Assembly: GCA_964515325.1 (NCBI GenBank)
Contig: CAZESO010000001.1
Coordinates: 1-35,482 of the forward strand
DNA: 35,482 bases
DNA from: an uncultured Roseburia sp.
Lineage (GTDB): Bacteria; Bacillota; Clostridia; Lachnospirales; Lachnospiraceae
Direction of reading: 5' to 3'
Positions 9,130 through 17,336 of the stretch are shown in pieces. The position numbers and the translations under genes were made by a program. Below the pieces are notes generated by a model, which ran no database searches, was not told the DNA's origin, and saw only the letters and a list, made by a program, of their open reading frames with translations. Each line of letters starts with the position of its first letter. The stretch's first letter is position 1.

Positions 9130-12100
9130 TTATTCTTTAAATGTAAGCTCTGCAATATCATTTACTAAATTGTTCAAAAGTTCTATGAAAGCTTTAGTAT
9201 CACCAATAGGTTTGTCGACACTACCTGCATTTGGAGTATATGTCAGATAAGGGTTAATATCAGCTGTAAATTTGAGCTTGTTTCTGTATTTTGACAACAA
9301 TACATTTAGTTTTTCAGCGTCAACAGGAGCCTTGTTGTACATCATAAGCTTAATGGTGTTTTTGTTGCCTGTTATTTCTGTAATGTATGCTTTATGTGCT
9401 GCTGATTTAAGCAATGAAACCAAAAGTAAATTCTCAGTAACAGAAGGAATATCACCAAAGCGGTCTATCAATTCATCTTGCATATCCTCGTATTCATTCA
9501 TATTGTCAATGGCAGCAATTCTCTTGTAAATATCAAGCTTTTGCATTTCGTTCTTAATATAAGTAGAAGGAATGTAAGCATCAATATCAATATCTAATGA
9601 TGTGTCAAAATCGGATGTAGGTTCGTCAAGACCTTTTAATTTCAATACAGCTTCGTTTAGAAGTTTACAATATAAATCGTAACCTACAGATGCCATATGT
9701 CCGTGTTGCATTTCACCCAAGATATTTCCTGCACCACGAATCTCTAAGTCGCGCATTGCGATTTTAAAGCCGGAACCTAAGTCAGTAAATTCACGGATTG
9801 CCTGAAGTCGCTTTTCAGCAACCTCTTTAAGCATCTTATCTCGTCTGTACATAAGGAATGCATAAGAAGTTCTACTACTACGGCCAATTCGTCCTCGAAG
9901 CTGATAGAGCTGTGAAAGTCCAAGCTGGTCTGCGTCGTGTATAATCATTGTATTAGCATTGGCAATATCAAGACCGGTCTCAATGATTGTGGTTGATACC
10001 AATACATCTATGTCACCATTTATAAAGTCATACATAATCTGCTCAAGCTTTCGTTCACTCATTTGTCCATGAGCATATGCAACTGTTGCATCAGGAACTA
10101 AAGCGGCAATCTTGGCAGTTATTTCGTCAATACTTTGAACCTTATTATATACATAATATACCTGTCCGTTACGATTCAATTCTCTGTTGATGGCTTCGCG
10201 AATGATTTCATCATTATATTCCATTACATAGGTCTGAATAGGGATTCTGTCAACAGGAGCTTCCTCTAATACGCTCATATCTCTTATTCCGATAAGACTC
10301 ATATGAAGAGTTCTTGGAATAGGAGTAGCTGTAAGCGTAAGAACATCAACAGTATTCTTTAACTGCTTGATGGCTTCCTTATGGTTAACACCAAATCGCT
10401 GTTCCTCATCTATGATAAGTAAACCTAAATCCTTGTATTCTATATCCTTAGATAATAGTCTGTGTGTTCCGATAACAATGTCTACAAAGCCTTTCTTTAG
10501 ATTCTCAATGGTCTTCTTATTGGCTGTAGGTGTTCTGAATCTGGACATTAACTCAATTGTTACAGGGAACTCCTTCATTCTCTGCTTAAAATTAGTATAA
10601 TGCTGTTGGGCAAGAACTGTTGTAGGAACAAGAAATGCTACCTGTTTGCCATCGGAAATTGCTTTAAATGCTGCACGGATGGCAACCTCTGTTTTGCCGA
10701 AGCCAACATCGCCACAAATAAGTCTGTCCATAATCTTGCTGCTTTCCATATCTCTTTTAGTATCTTCTATGGCAGTAAGCTGGTCTTTAGTTTCTTCATA
10801 TGGGAAAGCTTCTTCGAATTCTCTCTGCCATACAGTATCAGGTTGGAATTCATGTCCTTTGTTGGCCTGTCGTTTAGCATAAAGTTCAACTAATTCTTTG
10901 GCAATCTCATTAACGGCAGTTTTAACCTTGGACTTAGTTTTATTCCATTCCTGAGTACCTAAGCGGTTAAGTTTTGGAGGTTTGGCTTCTGAGCTTGCAT
11001 ATTTCTGGATCATATCCAGCTGCATAGCAGGAATGTATAGATTTCCGCCACCTTCGTACTGAACTTTAATGTAATCTTTAGTAATTTTATCTACAACAAT
11101 TTTTTCAATACCCTTATAGATGCCAAGTCCGTGATTTTCATGAACAACATAGTCGCCAATATTAAGCTGAGCAAAGGAACTAATCTTCTGACCGCTATAT
11201 TTTTGTCGGCTACGCTTCTTAGACTTCTGCCCGGTGAAAATATCACTTTCGGTTATAACTATAAGCTTGATAGATGAAAATTCATAACCTTTTCTAATAT
11301 TACCATAGCTTACTACAATCTCACCTGGAACTAATTCTTTATCAGGATTATCAGTGTAAATGGCAGGTAAATCCATTTCGTTTAGAAGTGTGTCGGCAAG
11401 ACGGGCACCTCTTGTTTTGGAACCGGATAAAATAACAATACTATAATCCTTTTTCTTGTATGCCTTCAAATCCTTAACCAAAAGCTCCATGCTATTGTTA
11501 TAAGGATTAACATTCTTCATTGAAATATTATAATTTTCATCTATATCAAAGCCTTTAATCTTGGTAATTAATGTGGTGAAATGAACGGTATTTACACCAC
11601 CAAGATATGCTAAAATCTTTTTGTAATCCCATAAAACATTTGCCTGTTTTGGAAGAACATAACCCTTTTCAAGACGATGAATCATACTTTCTTTAAATTC
11701 GGTAACCACTACATTGATATGTTCGTTGACTCTGTTGGTTTCATCTATTATAAAGAGAGTTTCATTCTTGTCGAAATAATCAATAAGAGATTCCTTTTCA
11801 TCTAAGAAATACTCAACATAGCTGTCCAAAGAAACGGAATGTCTGCTGTATTCAAGCAATTCTAAAAATTCTCTGGTAGCAGTTTTAAGGCGATGAGCTT
11901 CCTCTGTAAGCATATCGGCACGGAACTTCTTCTCACATTTATCACAATCTTTTTTAATCTTTTCAATGCCCTTTGAAATAGTCTCTTCATCAAAGATATA
12001 TTCAGTTGCAGGAAGTATAGTAATAGAAGAAATGTTTTCTATAGTTCTTTGACTTTCTGGGTCGAAAAGTCGGATGGAGTCTATCTCGTCATCCCAAAGG

Positions 12101-12684
12101 TCGATTCTGACAGGAACATCATCGGTAAGATTAAAGATGTCAATGATGCTTCCTCGTACAACAAACTGACCATGAGAGTCTACCTCTGATACACGCTCAT
12201 AGCCTAAAAGTGTAAGCTTTTTAGTTAGTGCTTCTATATTTACTAAGCTGTCAGAATCCAAAGTGAAGCAATTCTCCATAATTTTCTTAACCGGCATAAG
12301 CTTGTCAAGAAAACTGTCGATGGTTGTAATAAGAGTTACGCCCTCATCTTCAGCTAAAGCTTTGATAACTTTGAGTCTTTCTGACAGTGTTAATGAACCA
12401 TTTATATCTGCACTGTAGAAAATAAAGTCCTTGGCAGGATATAAAATAGGATTGTCATTAAAGTACTTCATGTCATCATAGATTTCTTTGGCTCTGGCAG
12501 AACTGAAAGTAATGATAACATTGTGTTTGTAGTCTTTTCCTAACACATTAGCAATATTTACAAGTCCTGTATCAACTGCTCCTGAAATCTGTACGTTAGA
12601 AAATCCGGAAGAAAGCTTTTCTTTAATCAGTTCAATTTCGCTTAAAGTATTCAGTTTGCCATTAATTGAATTTACACATTGCAC
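9130..12684 (-). CDS. mfd: transcription-repair coupling factor
   Basis: About 1180 aa. Helicase motifs LICGDVGFGKTEVA and DEEQRFG, plus a TRCF-type C-terminus. Start uncertain: GTG 12684 has GAGGG 8 nt upstream, while the track's GTG 12699 has no SD. Either start overlaps the pth 3' end. Confidence 0.9.
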   Translation of the reverse strand: MQCVNSINGKLNTLSEIELIKEKLSSGFSNVQISGAVDTGLVNIANVLGKDYKHNVIITFSSARAKEIYDDMKYFNDNPILYPAKDFIFYSADINGSLTLSERLKVIKALAEDEGVTLITTIDSFLDKLMPVKKIMENCFTLDSDSLVNIEALTKKLTLLGYERVSEVDSHGQFVVRGSIIDIFNLTDDVPVRIDLWDDEIDSIRLFDPESQRTIENISSITILPATEYIFDEETISKGIEKIKKDCDKCEKKFRADMLTEEAHRLKTATREFLELLEYSRHSVSLDSYVEYFLDEKESLIDYFDKNETLFIIDETNRVNEHINVVVTEFKESMIHRLEKGYVLPKQANVLWDYKKILAYLGGVNTVHFTTLITKIKGFDIDENYNISMKNVNPYNNSMELLVKDLKAYKKKDYSIVILSGSKTRGARLADTLLNEMDLPAIYTDNPDKELVPGEIVVSYGNIRKGYEFSSIKLIVITESDIFTGQKSKKRSRQKYSGQKISSFAQLNIGDYVVHENHGLGIYKGIEKIVVDKITKDYIKVQYEGGGNLYIPAMQLDMIQKYASSEAKPPKLNRLGTQEWNKTKSKVKTAVNEIAKELVELYAKRQANKGHEFQPDTVWQREFEEAFPYEETKDQLTAIEDTKRDMESSKIMDRLICGDVGFGKTEVAIRAAFKAISDGKQVAFLVPTTVLAQQHYTNFKQRMKEFPVTIELMSRFRTPTANKKTIENLKKGFVDIVIGTHRLLSKDIEYKDLGLLIIDEEQRFGVNHKEAIKQLKNTVDVLTLTATPIPRTLHMSLIGIRDMSVLEEAPVDRIPIQTYVMEYNDEIIREAINRELNRNGQVYYVYNKVQSIDEITAKIAALVPDATVAYAHGQMSERKLEQIMYDFINGDIDVLVSTTIIETGLDIANANTMIIHDADQLGLSQLYQLRGRIGRSSRTSYAFLMYRRDKMLKEVAEKRLQAIREFTDLGSGFKIAMRDLEIRGAGNILGEMQHGHMASVGYDLYCKLLNEAVLKLKGLDEPTSDFDTSLDIDIDAYIPSTYIKNEMQKLDIYKRIAAIDNMNEYEDMQDELIDRFGDIPSVTENLLLVSLLKSAAHKAYITEITGNKNTIKLMMYNKAPVDAEKLNVLLSKYRNKLKFTADINPYLTYTPNAGSVDKPIGDTKAFIELLNNLVNDIAELTFKE

Positions 12685-13222
12685 GATCCATTCCCTCACT
12701 GATAATACATTCTACTGCATCGTTTACCTTTACAAAAGTTTCATTTATAACCTTCTGTTCAGAAGGTGAAAAATGTCCAAGTACATAGTCTGCCAAGTCA
12801 TAGTTAGCCGGCTTGTCGCCAACACCTGTCTTGATTCGCTTGAACTTATCTGTACCTAAAAGATTGATAATACTCTTGATTCCGTTGTGTCCACCTGCGC
12901 TGCCTTTAGCACGAAGTCTTAAGCGACCTACATCAAGACTTATATCATCATAAATTACTATTAATTCTTCTTCTACATCGATTTTATAGAAGTTGGCGAT
13001 AGAAGCCAATGATTCTCCGCTTAAATTCATAAATGTCTGAGGTTTTACAAGAATAACCTTTTGACCACCTATAATTCCTGCACCACACAATGCCTTGTGT
13101 TTAAGCATTTCAACCTTTATGCCATGTTTATCCGCAATACAATCTATGGCATCAAAACCCACATTATGACGAGTGTGTTCATATTTTGAAGAAGGATTTC
13201 CGAGTCCTGCTATTATATACAT
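12662..13222 (-). CDS. pth: peptidyl-tRNA hydrolase
   Basis: Trimmed to MYIIAGLGNPSSKYEHTRHNVGF (ATG 13222-13220), the canonical Pth N-terminus. 186 aa. Confidence 0.92.
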   Translation of the reverse strand: MYIIAGLGNPSSKYEHTRHNVGFDAIDCIADKHGIKVEMLKHKALCGAGIIGGQKVILVKPQTFMNLSGESLASIANFYKIDVEEELIVIYDDISLDVGRLRLRAKGSAGGHNGIKSIINLLGTDKFKRIKTGVGDKPANYDLADYVLGHFSPSEQKVINETFVKVNDAVECIISEGMDRAMCKFN

Positions 13223-13416
13223 AATTAAAATTACCTTTCGAATATACTGTTTATTGTTAAAATAACAATTATTGCATGAGAACATAAGCTTTGCAAAATT
13301 GTAAAGACATTATAGCATAACATATTGTAAAATACACATATTTTTTGATTGAATTATGATTTGAAAATTGATAGAGGAGAAATTTTATGGTGAAAAATTG
13401 GGTGAGAAATTATTGC

Positions 13417-13679
13417 CGAGGTACAGATATACAATTTGGATTTATAATACCACGCAAATTTTACTGGCGAGGTACGGAGTAGGAAATGTGTCATGTGGTA
13501 CCTCGTAAATTGAGGAGTTGAGGCACAGGAATGTAAGAGTTTCCTTATATACCTCGCTTTTGAACGAAAATTGCATTTTTGGACAAAAAGCGAGGTAGTG
13601 GTGGGAAAATTATAAGAAATATACCTCATTTAAGTTGTTGTCGAGGTATAGGAACACACATAGGACCTGATGTACCTCA
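13417..13679. repeat. array of eight CGAGGTA / TACCTC(G/A) motifs in mixed orientation with ~10.3-bp-multiple spacing
   Basis: Copies at 13417(+), 13468(+), 13499(-), 13550(-), 13591(+), 13622(-), 13642(+), 13673(-). Centre-to-centre spacings of the GAGGTA core are 51, 30, 51, 42, 30, 21 and 30 bp. Confidence 0.6.
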
Positions 13680-13783
13680 AACAAGAATATTTGCAAAGAG
13701 GCATCATTGTATACAATGGATGTTGTTTCCGTAGTTAAATAATAAAGTTAGAAAAACATAATGATGAAAAATGACGAAAAATG

Positions 13784-13813
13784 TTGTATCTTTTTGCTTT
13801 ATTATGTTATAAT
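13784..13813 (+). promoter_or_regulatory. candidate promoter of the SPFH/zinc-ribbon operon
   Basis: TTGTAT (13784-13789), 18-nt spacer, TATAAT (13808-13813) with TGT extended -10. This would give a ~190-nt structured leader. Confidence 0.35.
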
Positions 13814-14008
13814 ATCGTTGTGTTTTTTCAAATGCAAATAAAAACATAAGATATATAAGGGAGAAAAATGTAAAAAATCACATTGATATGCTGATTTTTT
13901 ACATAGCAATTTGTGCCGAAGCGACACAAATTTGCTATTATGTGATAATAGAAATTGCTACGCAACTTTCTATTACACTCCTTGCTTCGCTTCGGAATGG
14001 AGGAAAAT

Positions 14009-15418
14009 ATGGGACTTATTAAAACAGCAATTGATGTTGTAAAGGGATCTTTCGCAGATCAGTGGTTGGAGTACTTCTATTGTGAATCACTCAGCGAAGA
14101 TGTATTATTGACAAAAGGTATGAAGAGAACTAACGGTTCTGCTAATAAGAAGGGCAACGATAACATTATTTCAAATGGTAGTATCATTTCGGTTGCAGAT
14201 GGACAGTGTATGCTTATCGTAGAACAGGGTAAGGTAGTTGAAGTTTGTGCTGAACCAGGTGAATTCAAATATGATAGTTCAACAGAACCAAGTATCTTTG
14301 CAGGAAGTCTTGGTACAAGCATTCTTGATACATTCAAGCAGATTGGAAAGCGTTTCACATTTGGTGGTGAGACAGCAAAGGATCAGAGAGTTTACTATGT
14401 TAATACAAAGGAAATCGTTGGTAACAAGTTTGGTACAGCTACACCAATTCCTTTCCGTGTTGTAGACTCAAAGATTGGTCTTGATGTGGATGTATCAGTT
14501 CGTTGTAATGGTATGTATACATATAAGATTGCTAATCCATTATTATTCTACACAAATATTACAGGTAATGTAGAACAGGATTACACAAGAGACAGATTAA
14601 CAGAACAGATGCGTTCAGAAATGCTTAACAACTTAGGACCGGCTTTTGCAAATATCTCTAATTTAGAGATTCGTCCAAATCAGTTGGTAAGCAAGAATAA
14701 AGAAGTAACAGAAGCTTTGAAGGTTGAACTTACAGAGCAGTGGAGTAACCTTAGAGGTATTGAGCTTGTAATGGTTTCATTCAACTCTGTATCTATACCG
14801 GAAGAAGATCAGCAGATGATCAAAGATTTACAGAAGACAGCTGTATTCTCAAATCCTGGTATGGCAGCAGCTTCATTGGTATCAGCACAGAGCGATGCTA
14901 TGAGAGCAGCAGCATCTAATGAAAATGGTGCTATGATGGGCTTTATGGGAATGAATATGGCAATGCAGTCAGGTGGAATGAATGCAAATCAGTTATTCCA
15001 GATGAATCAGCAGAATCAGATGCAGCAACAGCAGATGGCTATGCAACAGCCACAGATGGCAGCACAGCAGCCACAGGCAACAGCAGGTGTTGCAACAGCT
15101 CCAGAAGCACAGCCTGCAATGGCTCCAGCCAGCCAGGCAACAGCTGATTCATGGACATGTACATGCGGCGCAACAGGCACAGGAAGATTCTGTATGGAAT
15201 GTGGTAACAGCAAGCCAGAACCAGTTGCAGGATGGGCATGCTCATGTGGAGCAACAAATACAGGTAAGTTCTGTCCTAACTGTGGAGCAAAGAAACCGGC
15301 AGAGGAACCACTTTACAAGTGTGATAAGTGTGGTTGGGCTCCGGAAGATCCAAAGAATCCACCAAAGTTCTGTCCTGAATGCGGTGACGTATTTGATGAA
15401 AATGACGTACAGAATTAG
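14009..15418 (+). CDS. SPFH (stomatin/prohibitin/flotillin)-like protein of the YdjI/COG4260 type, with a Q/M/A-rich linker and three C-terminal zinc ribbons
   Basis: Trimmed to MGLIKTAIDVVKGSFADQWLEYFYC (ATG 14009) with GGAGG (13999-14003) 5 nt upstream. The C-terminus has W-x-C-x-CGAT-x-TG-x-FC-x-x-CG twice, then YKCDKCG..FCPECG. Confidence 0.75.
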   Translation: MGLIKTAIDVVKGSFADQWLEYFYCESLSEDVLLTKGMKRTNGSANKKGNDNIISNGSIISVADGQCMLIVEQGKVVEVCAEPGEFKYDSSTEPSIFAGSLGTSILDTFKQIGKRFTFGGETAKDQRVYYVNTKEIVGNKFGTATPIPFRVVDSKIGLDVDVSVRCNGMYTYKIANPLLFYTNITGNVEQDYTRDRLTEQMRSEMLNNLGPAFANISNLEIRPNQLVSKNKEVTEALKVELTEQWSNLRGIELVMVSFNSVSIPEEDQQMIKDLQKTAVFSNPGMAAASLVSAQSDAMRAAASNENGAMMGFMGMNMAMQSGGMNANQLFQMNQQNQMQQQQMAMQQPQMAAQQPQATAGVATAPEAQPAMAPASQATADSWTCTCGATGTGRFCMECGNSKPEPVAGWACSCGATNTGKFCPNCGAKKPAEEPLYKCDKCGWAPEDPKNPPKFCPECGDVFDENDVQN

Positions 15419-15530
15419 TGTACAATAATAAAGGAAGCGACAGCGAAACATAAATACTCAAGGCTCAAATGAGATTAAACCCCGTTTGGGCCTTGTATTA
15501 TATAGTAGGAAATTCTAACGGAGGATGAAA

Positions 15531-16631
15531 ATGGGTGACGAATTTTTCGATGAAAGTACGATAACAGATACATTAAAAGAAACAGATAAAAAATGCCCTA
15601 ACTGTGATGGTGTTATGAATTTTGATCCTGCAACAGGTGGAATGTTGTGTGAATTCTGTGGACATACAGAGGCAGTTCAGGTAAAAGAAGAAGTTAAGAT
15701 GGCTGAGGAACAGGATTTTTCAGCAGTTGAGAAAACAGGAAATTGCAACTGGGGCGTTGAAAAGAAGACAATTCTTTGTAAGTTCTGTGGTGGTGAAGCA
15801 ATTTATGATGCGATGCAGACTTCAGGTGAGTGTCCGTTCTGTGGTTCTAATCAGGTAATGGAAGCTTCAACAAAAGATACATTGGCACCAAATGGTGTAA
15901 TTCCATTTGCTATTGATAAGAAATCATGTGGTGACAGATTTACAAAATGGCTTAAGGGCAAGTTGTTCTGTCCAAATGAGGCTAAGAGAAATGCTAAGCC
16001 TGAGGCGTTTAATGGCGTATACCTTCCATATTGGACATTTGATGCAGATACAGACACAAGCTATACAGCAGAATATGGTAAGAACAGAAGAGTAAGAGAA
16101 AGCAATGGAAATACTAAGACTGTAACCGATTGGTACAGAACAAGCGGACAACATAGCCAGTTTATTGATGACCAGCTTGTAATTGGTACTGACAGACATG
16201 AAGAATATGTTATGAAAAGAATCGAGCCATTTGATACAAGTAAGAGCATAGAATATAAGCCTGAATATGTATCAGGTTTCGTGTCAGAAAGGTATTCAAT
16301 TGGTGTACAGTCAGCGTGGGAAAAGGCTAAGAACTTTATCAAGAATACATTGCGCTCAAGCATTCGTTCTAAGATTAAGAAGGAAAAGCATGCTGATGAG
16401 GTAAGAGGTCTTGATTTAAGAACAACATATTCAAATATTACATATAAGTATCTGATGTTGCCGGTGTGGATTTCATCATTTAAGTATAATGGCAAGGTTT
16501 ACCAGTTTTATGTAAATGGTCAGACCGGTAAGGTTGGCGGTAAGGCACCAGTTTCACCATATAAGGTGGCTATTGCAGTTGCTATCGGTATTTTATTTGT
16601 TATATTAATTTTTATGACAGGTAATGAATAA
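15531..16631 (+). CDS. double zinc-ribbon protein with a C-terminal transmembrane anchor (YdjG-like architecture)
   Basis: Start at the second ATG (15531), since GGAGG (15520-15524) is 6 nt upstream and abuts the track's ATG at 15525. Ribbons CPNCDG..CEFCGH and CKFCGG..CPFCGS. C-terminal helix VAIAVAIGILFVILIFM. Confidence 0.6.
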   Translation: MGDEFFDESTITDTLKETDKKCPNCDGVMNFDPATGGMLCEFCGHTEAVQVKEEVKMAEEQDFSAVEKTGNCNWGVEKKTILCKFCGGEAIYDAMQTSGECPFCGSNQVMEASTKDTLAPNGVIPFAIDKKSCGDRFTKWLKGKLFCPNEAKRNAKPEAFNGVYLPYWTFDADTDTSYTAEYGKNRRVRESNGNTKTVTDWYRTSGQHSQFIDDQLVIGTDRHEEYVMKRIEPFDTSKSIEYKPEYVSGFVSERYSIGVQSAWEKAKNFIKNTLRSSIRSKIKKEKHADEVRGLDLRTTYSNITYKYLMLPVWISSFKYNGKVYQFYVNGQTGKVGGKAPVSPYKVAIAVAIGILFVILIFMTGNE

Positions 16632-16682
16632 TATTCTTTGTTTGGCGTGACACAGGAAAACGCCACAGAAAGGTGGATAAAG

Positions 16683-17279
16683 ATGGAAGGATGGATGTTT
16701 TTTCTAGGCGGAATCGTCGTAGTTGGAATTGCAATATCCGTAGGAGTATACAAGGTTAGACAGAAGTTAAGAAGCTTTTCGAGAATGGCCTTTGGAACTG
16801 ATTCATTAATGGATGGTCTTCAAAGAACGGAGCTTGAAGCGCAGCAGACACCGAAGTCATTGTCGGGTATGGATTCAACATATTTGCCGATGATAAAGAA
16901 GGATTTTCCTGAATTTAATGTGGATGTTGCAAAGAATCACGTAAGACAGGAGCTTAAGAAATACTTGAAAAATAAGCAGTCTGTAAAGATACATAATGTT
17001 GTTATCAGAAATTACAAGAAACATGAATTTGAAAGTGTAATTGTAATGCAGGCATCTGCGGAATATATTGAGAATTCTAAGAAAAATCAGAAAAGATATG
17101 ACTTCAATTATATTCATGCATTAGTTGGTTCGCTGACTGATAGCAAGATAGCGGCAGTATGTCCAAGCTGTGGTGGTCCAATTTCAAATACAAGCCTTGC
17201 AAACTGTGAATACTGTGGTGCCAGACTTGTAAATATTATCGAGAGAAGCTGGGAAGTAAAGGATATAGTGGAAAGCTAG
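16683..17279 (+). CDS. N-terminally membrane-anchored protein with a C-terminal zinc ribbon (YdjH-like position)
   Basis: Trimmed to MEGWMFFLGGIVVVGIAISVGVY (ATG 16683) with AGGTGG (16671-16676) 6 nt upstream. C-terminal CPSCGG..CEYCGA. Confidence 0.5.
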   Translation: MEGWMFFLGGIVVVGIAISVGVYKVRQKLRSFSRMAFGTDSLMDGLQRTELEAQQTPKSLSGMDSTYLPMIKKDFPEFNVDVAKNHVRQELKKYLKNKQSVKIHNVVIRNYKKHEFESVIVMQASAEYIENSKKNQKRYDFNYIHALVGSLTDSKIAAVCPSCGGPISNTSLANCEYCGARLVNIIERSWEVKDIVES

Positions 17280-17288
17280 AAGTATATG

Positions 17289-17322
17289 AATGGGTGTCGG
17301 AATTTTCCGACACCCATTTTAA
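17289..17322. terminator. bidirectional terminator (SPFH operon / MATE gene)
   Basis: aatgggtgtcgg (17289-17300) / ccgacacccatt (17307-17318), a 12-bp GC-rich stem followed by TTTT. Lies between convergent genes. Confidence 0.75.
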
Positions 17323-17336
17323 TAGTAATAAAAATT

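Noticed and set aside
13354-13629. 91-aa minus-strand ORF covering the CGAGGTA array
   Set aside because: It has no RBS. Its odd composition, with recurring RY/TS dipeptides, is simply the translated repeat motif. It lies in a region better explained as non-coding repeats, so it is probably not a gene.
13417-13679. Possible CRISPR array
   Set aside because: The repeats are only 7-9 nt, occur in both orientations and have irregular 20-51 bp spacing. No cas genes or leader are present. It is not a CRISPR.
15016-15461. Stack of 60-113-aa ORFs on both strands (15016-15213, 15039-15257, 15087-15428, 15242-15451, 15276-15461)
   Set aside because: All are nested in or antisense to the CAG/GCA-rich low-complexity and zinc-ribbon-encoding 3' part of the SPFH gene. 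They are stop-codon-poor artefacts of repetitive composition and have no RBSs.
15455-15500. Hairpin aaggctcaaa...tttgggcctt between the SPFH gene and the double-ribbon gene, as an internal terminator
   Set aside because: The 10-bp stem includes a G-U pair, has a 15-nt loop and has no following U-tract. At most it is a weak attenuator or processing site, and it is not called as a feature.
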